From positions 5,019 through 69,018 of the forward strand of contig DASZJF010000037.1 of NCBI GenBank assembly GCA_035948355.1: a stretch of DNA of 64,000 bases, read 5' to 3'. The notes below the pieces were generated by a model that saw only the letters and a list, made by a program, of their open reading frames with translations, did no database searches and had not been told where the DNA came from. How positions within the stretch are numbered: the first letter of the stretch is position 1; each line of letters opens with the position of its first letter. This DNA is from Solirubrobacteraceae bacterium. GTDB lineage: Bacteria > Actinomycetota > Thermoleophilia > Solirubrobacterales > Solirubrobacteraceae. Shown piece by piece: positions 38,279 through 53,024 of this stretch. The position numbers and the translations under genes are program-made.

Positions 38279-40516
38279 CTACTGGCCGGCTGACTCGCTT
38301 GCGACATCGCGTGCAGGCGCGGGGGAATCTTGCCTGAGGTTGGGCAGCCACCAGTTGCGGGCGCCGAAGAGGCGCATGAGGGCGGGGACGAGGATGAAGC
38401 GGATGAGGGTCGCGTCGATCGCGATCGCCAGCGCGAGGCCGAGGCCGAACTGCTTGAGTTCGAGCACGTTCGCGGTGATGAAGCTGCCGAACACCGCGAC
38501 CATGATCGCCGCGGCCGCGGTGATCGGGCGAGCGGTGTGCTCGACGCCGGTCGCGACCGCGAGCTCGTTGTCGTGAGTCTGCAGCCACGTCTCGCGCATG
38601 CGGCGGATCAGGAAGACCTCGTAGTCCATCGACAGGCCGAACAGCAGCGCGAAGATCGAGAGCGGCAGGAACACCTGGATGAACCCCGTGCTGGTGAACC
38701 CGAGCAGATGCTCGCCGTGACCCTCCTGGAAGACGAAGATCACGATCCCGACGGTCGCGCCGGTCGCGAGCAGGTTCATCGCGACCGCCTTGACGGGCAG
38801 CACGACGCTACGGAAGACGACCGTCAGGAACATCAGCGACAGCGCGAGGATCAGACCCAGCACGAGTGGGACCTTGGCGCGCGTTTCGTTGGACAGGTCG
38901 ACGATCTTGGCGGTTGCGCCGCCGACCGCGACCTCGAGCCCTCCGCCGGCCCGGATCGCTGGCAAGAGCGTGGAGCGGATGTGGCGCACGAGCTGTTCGG
39001 AGCGGTAGGAGTCGATCGCCGTCGCGGGCGCGACCGTCAGCAGCTCCGCGTCGCGACCGGGCGTCGCGACGATCGCGGCGACGTCGTTGTGAGCGGTGGG
39101 GGCGAGCTCGCGCGCCAGCACCGCCGCGCGTGCCGTCTCCGTGCGGTCGAGCGGGCCGCTGCCGCCGCGACCGGCGATCACGATCTCGATCGGCGCCAGC
39201 GCGCCCGCGCCGAACGAGCGCGCCAGCACCCGCTCGCCCTTGCCCGAAGGCGTGCCCGACAGCGAGGCGATGCCGAAGTCCACGCCGGTGCGCAGGCCCA
39301 GCAGGGGGGTCGCGGCGAGGAGTAGCACGGCCGCGATCGTGCCCGCGGCGAGCACGGGGTGGCGCATCACCGCCAGCGCCCAGCGCGCCCACACCCCGTG
39401 TCCGTCGCTCGCCCCCGGGCGGGCATCGCGCGGCTGCATCCGCGCGGGCAGCGCGCCCCGGTCGATGCGCGGCCCCAGCAGCGCGAGCACGGCCGGCAGC
39501 AGGGTCAGCGCGACGATCACCGTGCACACCACGACCGCCACCGCCCCGAGCGCGAACTCGTGATAGATCGGCGCCCTGATCACGACGAGCGTCGCCAGTG
39601 CAAGCGCGACGACCACGCCGGAGAAGAGAACGGTGCGCCCCGAACTGGAGATCGCCGCCCCGACGGCCTCCTCGATCTGCTCGCTCCCAACGGGCTGGTC
39701 GGGATCTCCCCTGCGCCGGGCGAGCTCCTCGCGGAAGCGGCTGACGATGAACAGCGCGTAGTCGATGCCGATGCCGACCCCGATCATCGTGACGATCGTC
39801 GTCAGAAAGCTGTCGAATGTCAGCATCGTCGCGAGCACCGCGAGCAGGCCGAACGTCAACAGCAGCCCGCTGCCGGCGATCGCCAGCGGCACGATCGCGG
39901 CGGCGGCAGCGCCGAGCGCGAGCAACAGCACCAGCAGCGCGATCGGCACCCCGATCGTCTCCGCGCGCTCGACGTCTCCGTTCTCCACCGTCGTGATGTC
40001 CTTCGCCACGGGCGAGTACCCCGTCAGCCACACATGCACGCCAGCAGCGGCGAGCGGATCGACAGCTTCCTGCAGCAGCGTCGCGCGTTCGACCAGCTGG
40101 CGGGGATCGCCGGCGATGCCCACGAGCGCGATCGCGGCGTGACCGTCGCGTGATATCTGCCCGCGCGCGCCCCGGTCATAGGGGCCGGCGACGCCCTTGA
40201 CGTAGCCCTGACGGCGGGCCGTGAGCAGTGCGCGAGCCACGACCGCGCGATAGGCCGGTTCGCCCGCGCGGTGCACGGGCGAGTCGAATACGAGCACGTC
40301 CTGCTCGGCGCCGTGGGCGGCGAAGCGCTGTTCGAGCAGCTGCGCGGCGCGCGAGGACTCCGCCCCGTCGATCCCGTAGTTCGGCGCCCCCAGCGAGCGC
40401 TTCAGCCCCGGGTAGGACGCCGCGCAGGCGATCAGCACGAGCACCCATGCGCCCAGCACCATCCGCCGCCGGCGCGCGATCATCCGTCCCCAGCGGTAGG
40501 CGGCGGCGCTGCTCAT
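38279..40516 (-). CDS. MMPL (RND superfamily) membrane transporter
   Basis: Two TM bundles; GVGIGIDYALFIVSRFREE, SGRTVLFSG, FGLSMDYEVFL, ITAAAAIM, DATLIRFILVPALM. ATG 40516 overlaps the menD stop. Confidence 0.93.
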   Translation of the reverse strand: MSSAAAYRWGRMIARRRRMVLGAWVLVLIACAASYPGLKRSLGAPNYGIDGAESSRAAQLLEQRFAAHGAEQDVLVFDSPVHRAGEPAYRAVVARALLTARRQGYVKGVAGPYDRGARGQISRDGHAAIALVGIAGDPRQLVERATLLQEAVDPLAAAGVHVWLTGYSPVAKDITTVENGDVERAETIGVPIALLVLLLALGAAAAAIVPLAIAGSGLLLTFGLLAVLATMLTFDSFLTTIVTMIGVGIGIDYALFIVSRFREELARRRGDPDQPVGSEQIEEAVGAAISSSGRTVLFSGVVVALALATLVVIRAPIYHEFALGAVAVVVCTVIVALTLLPAVLALLGPRIDRGALPARMQPRDARPGASDGHGVWARWALAVMRHPVLAAGTIAAVLLLAATPLLGLRTGVDFGIASLSGTPSGKGERVLARSFGAGALAPIEIVIAGRGGSGPLDRTETARAAVLARELAPTAHNDVAAIVATPGRDAELLTVAPATAIDSYRSEQLVRHIRSTLLPAIRAGGGLEVAVGGATAKIVDLSNETRAKVPLVLGLILALSLMFLTVVFRSVVLPVKAVAMNLLATGATVGIVIFVFQEGHGEHLLGFTSTGFIQVFLPLSIFALLFGLSMDYEVFLIRRMRETWLQTHDNELAVATGVEHTARPITAAAAIMVAVFGSFITANVLELKQFGLGLALAIAIDATLIRFILVPALMRLFGARNWWLPNLRQDSPAPARDVASESAGQ

Positions 40517-42417
40517 CCCGCGCCTGCCGGCATCGCGTCCCCGTTCGTGCACGCGCGCGAGACGGCTTGCCACACACGGCTGTGCAGCTCCACGTTGGCG
40601 GCGCGGTCGCTACGGGCGTGGATCAGCGTGGAGCCGGCCTGCGGCGCGAGCGCGCGCTCCAGCGCGGCGCGGAAGTCGGGGACCGTGTGGACCGGCTCGT
40701 GCACGAGGCCGTACAGGGCGGCGACCCGAGCGAAGTCGAGGCCCGTGGGGGTGGCCACGTGGCGGGTGTAGATGTCCGCCCCCTCGCGCGCGCTGGCGCC
40801 GTCCTCGGCGCGCGGGTTACGGTCGCTCTCGCGTGCCATCGCCGCCCGCGCGACCGCGAGGAAGTCGAAGATCCCGCCGCCGTCGTTGTCGAGCAGCACG
40901 ATCGTCAGCTTCAGTCCCAGGCGGGTGGCGGCGAGCAGGCCGCCGATGTCGTGCGCCAGCGCCACATCGCCGATCAACAGCACGACGGGGCCGTCGGCGG
41001 CCGCGACCGCGCCGAACGCGCTCGAGACCGTGCCGTCGATGCCGTTGGCGCCGCGGTTGCAGAGCACGCGCGGGGGGTCCTCGCGCACCGGCCAGAAGGT
41101 CTCGATGTCGCGGACGGGCATCGAGGAGGCGACGAACAGGGTCGCCTCTTCGGGCAGCAGCACGCCCAGCTCGGCGGCGACGGAAGGCTCGTCGAGCTCG
41201 TCGCCGTCGAGGACTCCAAGGATCGCCTCTGCCGCCTGCTCGTCGGCGCTGCGCCAGCTCGCGAGCCAGTCCGAGCTCGCGGGGGACAGGGGAGCAGGGT
41301 TCTCGGTTTGCATAGTCTCTTCGTCCGCAGGCGCCGCCATGGACGCCGTCAACTCGGCCAGCGCCGCCGCGGGCTCCAGCGCGAGCGAGTCGCTCAGCAC
41401 CGACGCTGGGTCCTGCCACGCGCCCTCCGGGTCGAGCGCCACCTGACGCACATTCTCCAAGCCCGCGAGCCACGCCCGCAGTGGCTTTGAGACGGGCAGG
41501 TCCCCGACGCGCAGCACCAGGTCGGGACGGCGGGCGCCGACGAACGCCTCCTCGCGCAGCAGCGCGTCGTAGTGGGCGACGGCGGCCGCGCCGCGCCGCG
41601 CCCCCGACAGGGGGTCCGCCAGCAGCGGCCAGCCGATCGCTTCGCAGAACGCGGCGGCGGCGCTTCCCAGCGGCGACCGATCAGGGAGACACTCGCTCCG
41701 CTCGCATCCCCGGATCGGCCAGCGCTCATGTCGCCCGGCGACGAGGACGCCGCGTCGCGCTTCGGCGACGAGTTCTCCCAGCCGCGTCTCGCCGACGGCG
41801 GGCGCCGGTGGGCGGAGCACGTACGGGCGTCCTCCCGGCTTGCCGGTCTCATCCGCGGGCAGCGGATCGGCGTCGGCGATGAGCGGCTCGCGCAGCGGGA
41901 AGTTCAGGTGCACCACGCCCGGCCCGTCCTCCAGCGCGGTCCAGTAGGCGCGGCAGGCGAGCGTCCTGATCCAGCGCAGCCGGGCGGGGCCGGCAATGTC
42001 GTCGTGCGTGCCGACCTCGAAGAACCACTTCGCGGCGTCGCCGAAGATCTTCAGCTGGTCGATCGCCTGTCCCGCGCCGTTCTCGCGCAGCTCCGGCGGG
42101 CGATCGGCGCTCAGCAGCAGCAGCGGCACGCGCGCCTCGCGCGCCTCGACCGCGGCGGGCAGCAGCTCGGCCGCGGCGGTCCCCGAGGTGCAGGCCACGG
42201 CCACTGGCAGACCCGACGCCTTCGCCGCCCCCAGCGCAAAGAACCCCGCGCAGCGCTCGTCCACGTGGGAGTAACACTCCAGTCGCCGCTCGCGCGCGAG
42301 CGTCAGCACCAGCGGAGCGCAGCGCGACCCCGGAGAGGTGCACGCCACGCGCATCCCGCACCGCGCAAGCTCGTCGACGAACGCGCGCAGGAGGACGTAT
42401 GTGTCGGTGGCGCCCAT
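40513..42417 (-). CDS. menD: SEPHCHC synthase
   Basis: SPGSRCAPL, HVDERCAGF, NRGANGIDG, GDVALAHD, DNDGGGIF. ATG 42417. Confidence 0.95.
   Translation of the reverse strand: MGATDTYVLLRAFVDELARCGMRVACTSPGSRCAPLVLTLARERRLECYSHVDERCAGFFALGAAKASGLPVAVACTSGTAAAELLPAAVEAREARVPLLLLSADRPPELRENGAGQAIDQLKIFGDAAKWFFEVGTHDDIAGPARLRWIRTLACRAYWTALEDGPGVVHLNFPLREPLIADADPLPADETGKPGGRPYVLRPPAPAVGETRLGELVAEARRGVLVAGRHERWPIRGCERSECLPDRSPLGSAAAAFCEAIGWPLLADPLSGARRGAAAVAHYDALLREEAFVGARRPDLVLRVGDLPVSKPLRAWLAGLENVRQVALDPEGAWQDPASVLSDSLALEPAAALAELTASMAAPADEETMQTENPAPLSPASSDWLASWRSADEQAAEAILGVLDGDELDEPSVAAELGVLLPEEATLFVASSMPVRDIETFWPVREDPPRVLCNRGANGIDGTVSSAFGAVAAADGPVVLLIGDVALAHDIGGLLAATRLGLKLTIVLLDNDGGGIFDFLAVARAAMARESDRNPRAEDGASAREGADIYTRHVATPTGLDFARVAALYGLVHEPVHTVPDFRAALERALAPQAGSTLIHARSDRAANVELHSRVWQAVSRACTNGDAMPAGAG
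41672..41723 (+). repeat. Family C palindromic repeat, in frame inside menD
   Basis: GGCGACCGATCAGGGA...TCCCCGGATCGGCCAGC matches the arms of 340-382 and 34207-34245; encodes RWPIRGCERSECLPDRSP on the minus strand. Confidence 0.7.
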
Positions 42418-42503
42418 CTGAGCGAACGCTACTCGGCCGCGGCGCTTTCCTGCGTGCGATCGGTCATAGACTGACTCCACGTGTGCGCTGGGACAATCGT
42501 CCG

Positions 42504-43250
42504 ATGACCGTCACGGCCCCCGAGCCCACGACCGTCGTTCTGCTGCACGGATTCAGCGGCACCCACCGCGCGTGGGACGGCGTCGTCGAGCGTTTGCCCT
42601 CCGAACGCTGCCGGCCGCTGGCGCTGGACCTGCCCGGGCACGGCGAGCACGCCGACGCGATCCGCCCGATCTCCTTCGCCGGCTGCGTCGAGCACGTGCT
42701 CGCTCTCGCCCCCGAGCGCTTCGTGCTGTGCGGGTACTCGCTGGGGGGTCGCGTGGCCCTGCATGTCGCTTTGGCCGTACCCGAGCGCGTGTCGCGGCTC
42801 GTGCTCGTGTCCACCACCGCCGGGATCGAGGACGACGCAGAGCGGGCGGAGCGTAGCGGCGCCGACCACCGCCTCGCGGACGAGCTGGAACGCGGGCCGT
42901 TCGAGTCGTTCGTCGAGGAATGGTGCGCCCAACCGATGTTCGCCGAGGATCCGTCACCCGTCGATGCGCTGGCGCGCGAGGACTACCGCCGCAACAAGCC
43001 CGACGCGATCGCCGCGGTCCTGCGCGGAATCGGCACCGGCGAGATGAGTCCACTCTGGCATCGGCTGCACGAGCTGACGATGCCCGCGACCGTCCTGATG
43101 GGAGACCGCGACCTCAAGTTCCAAGCCCTCGGCCGGCGCATGGTCGACATCCTGCCCCAAGCCATCATGGCAGTCCTACCCGGCGGTCACCGCCTCCCCC
43201 TGGAGACTCCCGCCGCGGTGGCGGGTGTGCTCGCGGACTCTGCCCGCTGA
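42504..43250 (+). CDS. menH: SHCHC synthase (alpha/beta hydrolase)
   Basis: LLHGFSG, DLPGHG, GYSLGG nucleophile, GDRD, GHRLPLE; within the men cluster. Confidence 0.85.
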   Translation: MTVTAPEPTTVVLLHGFSGTHRAWDGVVERLPSERCRPLALDLPGHGEHADAIRPISFAGCVEHVLALAPERFVLCGYSLGGRVALHVALAVPERVSRLVLVSTTAGIEDDAERAERSGADHRLADELERGPFESFVEEWCAQPMFAEDPSPVDALAREDYRRNKPDAIAAVLRGIGTGEMSPLWHRLHELTMPATVLMGDRDLKFQALGRRMVDILPQAIMAVLPGGHRLPLETPAAVAGVLADSAR

Positions 43251-43252
43251 GG

Positions 43253-43275
43253 AATTGGTCCCAATTTGCTACCAT
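43253..43275 (+). promoter_or_regulatory. mazEF promoter: inverted repeat and -10 box
   Basis: AATTGG-TC-CCAATT (43253-43266), then TACCAT (43270-43275) 6 nt before the ATG. Confidence 0.6.
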
Positions 43276-43281
43276 GATGGG

Positions 43282-43515
43282 ATGAGCAGGCAGATCGCGG
43301 TGAGACTCCCGGATGAGCTCGTCGAGTTCGTCGACGAGCTGGTCGACTCTGGGGCCGGACGCAGCCGGGCTGCCGTCGTGACCCTGGCGCTCGAGCGCGA
43401 GCGTCGGCGCGCCCTCGCCGCGCGTGATGCCGAGATCCTGGCTCGCACCGGTCCCGATCCGCAGCTCACCGAATTGGCCGAGCACGTCGCCGGCCTGCCC
43501 TCCTCGCTTGCCTGA
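43282..43515 (+). CDS. mazE: Ribbon-helix-helix antitoxin (MazE-like)
   Basis: QIAVRLPDELVEFVDELV...SRAAVVTLALERE; its stop overlaps the toxin ATG (TGATG). Confidence 0.85.
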   Translation: MSRQIAVRLPDELVEFVDELVDSGAGRSRAAVVTLALERERRRALAARDAEILARTGPDPQLTELAEHVAGLPSSLA

Positions 43516-43814
43516 TGCGGCCGATCCATGTCGCGCGGCTCGACAAGGCGCGACCGGTGCTGATCCTGACGCGCGAGCTCGTGCGTCCGCATCTCGCGAC
43601 GGTGACCGTCGCGCCGATCACCACAACGATCCGCGGACTCTCGACCGAGGTGCCCGTCGACGCGGCGAACGGCCTGGCCGAGCCGTCGGTCGTGAGCTGC
43701 GACAACATCGCCACGATCCCGACGGACGCCCTGGGCGAGCGGATCGGGGTGCTGCTCGATCGTCAAGAGCCGGCGCTGGGCGACGCGATCCAGGCCGCGT
43801 TCGACCTCGACTGA
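43515..43814 (+). CDS. mazF: PemK/MazF family endoribonuclease toxin
   Basis: KARPVLILT, VTVAPITT, SVVSCDNIATI. Confidence 0.92.
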   Translation: MRPIHVARLDKARPVLILTRELVRPHLATVTVAPITTTIRGLSTEVPVDAANGLAEPSVVSCDNIATIPTDALGERIGVLLDRQEPALGDAIQAAFDLD

Positions 43815-44846
43815 TCACAGCGGGTTGACGCCCAGGCCCGGTCTTAAGGGCAGGGCGATCTTGCCTTGCCTGGCCGGCAGTTGGTCATCGACGTCTTCGA
43901 GCATGCCGAGCGTCGCCAGTCCGCAGGGGGGGACCGGGCCGCGCGAGGCGAGAGCCGCCGCCGCGTGCAGTGCGGCCGCCACCCCCAGCGGGCCGTCCAG
44001 CGTCGAGGCTACGTAGGGCTCCGCTCCGGAGGCGCGCACGAGCGCCGCCGCCGCCAGCAGGCCCGAGATCCCACCGCAGCTGCCGATCTTCAGACACACG
44101 GCATCGGCCACCCCCGCGCCGAGCGCGCCGTGCTCCGTCGCGGTCTCATCGATCGCGATCCGCGTGCTCACGCGCTCACGCACCTCTCTGATCGCGTGCA
44201 GCCCGTGAGTCGGCTCCTCCACCAGCTCCAGCCCGGCGGGCGCCAGCGCTTCGATCGTCCTCACGGCCTCCTCGACCGTCCACGCGCCGTTGGCGTCCAA
44301 CCGCAGGGCGATCTCCGCGCCCGCGGCCGCACGCACGGCCGCGACGCGCGCCGCGTCATCGCCCGTGCCGACCTTCACCTTGATGCACCCATACCCCGCT
44401 TCCGCGGCTGCCTGGGCCTGTTCGGCCGCGCCCCTGCGGTCGGTCGCGCCGATCGTCGCGTTCACGCTCACCTCGCCGGTGGGGTCGTCGGTGAGCAGAT
44501 TCGCGACCGGCTTGTTCGCGCGCCTGCCCGCGCGGTCCCACAGGGCCATGTCGATCGCCGCCAGCGCCTGGGGCAGGTCATCCTCGCGCCGGCACGCTTC
44601 CACGATCTGCACCCCGCTCATGCCCTGCGTGTTCCCGAGCGCGTCTCTGTAGCGCTCGAGCGCGTTCTCCACTCTCGTGACGCTGACGCCGTCGTACTGC
44701 TCCAGCGGCGCGGCTTCGCCGTATCCCGTCGGCCCCTCTTCATCGGCGAGCGTCACCATCACCAGCTCGCGCTCCTCCACCGTGCCGTGCGCCGTCTCCA
44801 GCGGTTTTCGCAACCGCACCGTCCTGCGCTCGACGCTCAATTTCAT
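43815..44846 (-). CDS. menC: o-succinylbenzoate synthase (enolase superfamily)
   Basis: GEAAPL, IKVKVG, LRLDANG, VEEP, AIDET, LKIG; within the men cluster. Confidence 0.85.
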   Translation of the reverse strand: MKLSVERRTVRLRKPLETAHGTVEERELVMVTLADEEGPTGYGEAAPLEQYDGVSVTRVENALERYRDALGNTQGMSGVQIVEACRREDDLPQALAAIDMALWDRAGRRANKPVANLLTDDPTGEVSVNATIGATDRRGAAEQAQAAAEAGYGCIKVKVGTGDDAARVAAVRAAAGAEIALRLDANGAWTVEEAVRTIEALAPAGLELVEEPTHGLHAIREVRERVSTRIAIDETATEHGALGAGVADAVCLKIGSCGGISGLLAAAALVRASGAEPYVASTLDGPLGVAAALHAAAALASRGPVPPCGLATLGMLEDVDDQLPARQGKIALPLRPGLGVNPL

Positions 44847-44878
44847 CTTGCGCCCCTCACGCTTCCGCTATGCCGGCG

Positions 44879-44945
44879 GCTGCGGTGAGCGGCTTGGACC
44901 GCATTCGCTGAAAGGGCTGACCCATGGCTCACCCACCCATCAGCC
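44879..44945 (-). promoter_or_regulatory. Structured motif family D copy upstream of menC
   Basis: The reverse complement aligns with 36593-36658. Confidence 0.55.
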
Positions 44946-44967
44946 CCCATCCGGTTCACTATCCCTT

Positions 44968-45921
44968 TCAGATCCCGCCGCTCGCGAGGATCCCCGCCGC
45001 GAACAACAGGCAGAACAGCAGCTGCAGCATGCCCGTCTTCGCCAGCGCGCCGTTCAGGGCCGGGCCGTCCACCCGCGTCCTCACCGTCCTCACGACCCCC
45101 ACCGCGAGCGGGATCGCCGCCCAGCTGAGCAGCAGCCACGGCGACATGCCCAGCGCCCACAGCACCGGTGCGCTCACGAACGCGCTTATCGCCATCGCCG
45201 TATACAGGGCTCTCGTGCGTTCCCTTCCCAGTCTGACCGCGAGCGTGCGCTTGCCCGCGCGCCTGTCAGTGTCGATGTCCCTGACGTTGTTCACCACCAG
45301 GATCGCGCTCGCCAGCAGCCCCACCGGCACGGCGCACCCGAACGCCTGCCACGGCAGCTCCTGCACCTGCACGAAATACGAGCCCGTCACCGCGACCACG
45401 CCGAAGAACAGGAACACGAACACCTCGCCCAATCCCTCATACCCGTACGGCCGCGGTCCGCCCGTGTACAGCACGCCCGCGAGAATCGACGCCGCACCGA
45501 CCGCGATCAGCTCCGGTCCCGCGACCGCCACCAGATACACACCGCACAGCACCGCCAGCCCGAACGTCGCGTACGTCGCGATCAGCACCTGCCTGGGTGG
45601 CACCAGGCCACCCGCCGTAACTCTCACCGGGCCAAGTCGGTCCTCGGTGTCCGCGCCCCGGCGCGCGTCCGAGTAATCGTTCGACAGATTCGTCCCCACC
45701 TGGATGAACACCGCCCCCAGCAACGCCGCCACGAACGCCAACGGGTGAAACACGCCCGCGCCCAACGCCAGCGACGTTCCCACAAGCACCGGCGCGACCG
45801 CTGCCGGCAGTGTCCGTATTCGTGCGGCCATCACCCAGATCCGCACCATGCTCGGGCGGTCGGTCATGCCTGTGTCGCCCGGCGCCGTGAGCGTCGAAGT
45901 GCTCTGCATCGCCGTGCTCAC
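44968..45921 (-). CDS. menA: 1,4-dihydroxy-2-naphthoate polyprenyltransferase
   Basis: [49 protein letters not shown]. Confidence 0.95.
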   Translation of the reverse strand: MSTAMQSTSTLTAPGDTGMTDRPSMVRIWVMAARIRTLPAAVAPVLVGTSLALGAGVFHPLAFVAALLGAVFIQVGTNLSNDYSDARRGADTEDRLGPVRVTAGGLVPPRQVLIATYATFGLAVLCGVYLVAVAGPELIAVGAASILAGVLYTGGPRPYGYEGLGEVFVFLFFGVVAVTGSYFVQVQELPWQAFGCAVPVGLLASAILVVNNVRDIDTDRRAGKRTLAVRLGRERTRALYTAMAISAFVSAPVLWALGMSPWLLLSWAAIPLAVGVVRTVRTRVDGPALNGALAKTGMLQLLFCLLFAAGILASGGI

Positions 45922-46769
45922 GCGCGCCTGGGAAACCGCTCGAACTCCGGTCTGCGCTTCTCCCGATAGGCGTTGCGGCCCTCCTGGGCCTCCTCGCTGC
46001 CGTAGAACAGGAGATTGGCGTCGTGCGCCAATTGCTGGATGCCCGTCAACCCGTCCTCGGCGGCGTTGAAGCTCGCCTTCAGCAACCGCAGCGCGAACGG
46101 CGACAGGGCCAGCATCTCCTCACACCACTTCACCGTCTCAGCTTCCAGCCGCGCGAGCGGCACGACCGTGTTCACCATCCCCATCGCGAGCGCTTCCTCC
46201 GCCGAGTACTGCCTGCACAGAAACCAGATCTCCTTCGCCTTCTTCGGACCCACCAGGTTCGCCAACAGGCCCGCGCCAAACCCCCCGTCGAACGATCCCA
46301 CCTTCGGCCCCACCTGCCCGAACTTCGCGTTCTCCGCCGCGATCGTCAGATCGCACACCAGATGCAGCACGTGCCCGCCCCCGATCGCATACCCCGCGAC
46401 CATCGCCACGACCGGCTTCGGCAACCGGCGGATCTGCACGTGCAGATCGGTCACATGAAAGCGGCCGATCCCCGCTTTGCCCGCCTCGTCCTCGGCGAGA
46501 TACCCCGAATCGCCGCGCACCCGCTGATCCCCGCCCGAGCAGAACGCCTCATCGCCCGCCCCCGTCAACACGATCACGCCGATCTCCGTGTCCTCGCGCG
46601 CGTCCTCCAAGGCCCTCGATATCTCGACGATCGTCTGCGGCCGGAACGCGTTGCGGACCTCCGGGCGGTCGATCGTGATCTTCGCGATCCCCGTCGGCGC
46701 GTCCTGCGTCCCGGACTTCTCATAGCGGATGTCCTCGTAGGCGCCGGCGCTCGTCCAGGTGGTCGTCAT
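45918..46769 (-). CDS. menB: 1,4-dihydroxy-2-naphthoyl-CoA synthase
   Basis: [38 protein letters not shown] 46769. Confidence 0.96.
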   Translation of the reverse strand: MTTTWTSAGAYEDIRYEKSGTQDAPTGIAKITIDRPEVRNAFRPQTIVEISRALEDAREDTEIGVIVLTGAGDEAFCSGGDQRVRGDSGYLAEDEAGKAGIGRFHVTDLHVQIRRLPKPVVAMVAGYAIGGGHVLHLVCDLTIAAENAKFGQVGPKVGSFDGGFGAGLLANLVGPKKAKEIWFLCRQYSAEEALAMGMVNTVVPLARLEAETVKWCEEMLALSPFALRLLKASFNAAEDGLTGIQQLAHDANLLFYGSEEAQEGRNAYREKRRPEFERFPRRA

Positions 46770-46793
46770 AGCCGCGAAGGCTAGCCTGTGGCC

Positions 46794-48157
46794 ATGCAGG
46801 TTGAGGGCTGGCTGCATCGCGCCGCGCGCACGCGCCCCGAATCGACGGCCTTCGAGGGCCCCGAGGGCGCATCTTCGTCCTGCACCTACGCCGAACTGCA
46901 CGCCGCTGCGCGCCGCGCTGCCGCCGCGCTGTCGTCCCGCGGAGTGGGGAGGGAGGATCGCGTGGCGATCGCGCTGGCGCCCGGCCCGGCCTTCGCGGAG
47001 ACCCTCCATGCCTGCCTGCTGCTCGGCGCCGTCGCCGTGCCTGTCGATCTGCGCCTCGCCCAGGTCGAGCACGCGCACGTCTGCGCGGGTGCATCTGTGG
47101 TCGTGTCGGAGACGTTGAGCGCCGGACCCTACGCCGAGGCGGGCTCGGAGCTCGTGCTCGACGAACGTCACGATCTCGACGCCGTCGCCGCCGTCATCCA
47201 CACCTCCGGCACCACCTCCGCGCCGCGCCCGATCGAGCTGACATACGGCAACTTCCTGTGGAGCGCCCTCGGCTCCGCCGTCGCTCTGGACCTCGACCCG
47301 GGCGAGCGCTGGCTGTGCGCGCTGCCGGTCTCCCACGTAGGCGGCCTCTCGATCCTCGTGCGCTCGGCGATCTACGCCACGACCGCCGTCGTCCACGAGC
47401 GCTTCGACACCGACCTCGTCCTGCGCGCCCTGCGCGAGCATGACATCACGCTCGTCTCGCTCGTCTCGACGACCCTCGCGCGCCTGCTCGATGCCGGCCT
47501 GGAGCGCCCGCCTGTGCTCCGTTGCGCGCTCACCGGCGGTGGTCCCGTTCCTGACGCGTTGATCGGGCGCGCCCGCGAGGCCGGTGTGCCCGTCAGCTCC
47601 ACTTACGGGCTGACCGAGGCCTGCTCGCAGGTCACCACCGCAGGCCCGTCGCTGTTCTGCACGCGCGTACGCATCGACGGGGCGTCCGGAGACGGAGAGT
47701 TGGAGCATCCCGCAGAGAAGTCCGGGGGGTACTCCCACATCGGTGAGATTCTCGTCTCCGGTCCGACCGTCGCCCCGGGATCGCGCGGTCCCGATGGCTG
47801 GCTGCGCACCGGCGATCTCGGCTCGCTCGACGAGCACGGCTTCCTCCAGGTCACCGGCCGCGTCGCCGACACGATCGTCAGCGGCGGCGAGAACGTCGCC
47901 CCGGCCGAGGTCGAGGCCGTGCTCGAATCCCATCCTGATGTGCTGGAAGCGGCCGTTCTCGGCCGACCCGACCCGGCGTGGGGGGAGGCCGTCACGGCGA
48001 TCGTCGTGCCGCGCCCCGGTGCCACCCTCGAGGACTCGACCCTGCGCGCGTACTGCGCCGAACGCCTGGCCCGCTATAAGGTCCCCAAGCAGCTCGACAT
48101 CGCCACCACGCCATTGCCCCGCACGCATTCGGGCAAGCTGTTGCGCAGGAGCCTCTC

Positions 48158-48161
<4 letters not shown>
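46794..48161 (+). CDS. menE: o-succinylbenzoate--CoA ligase
   Basis: IHTSGTT, TYGLTE, RTGDLG, SGGENV, YKVPK; divergent from menB. Confidence 0.88.
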
Positions 48162-52966
<4,805 letters not shown>

Positions 52967-53024
52967 CGGGGCCGTAAGAGGCGGCTATTAGTGTCTGCTA
53001 ACAAAATCGGGTAGGGTGTCGTCG

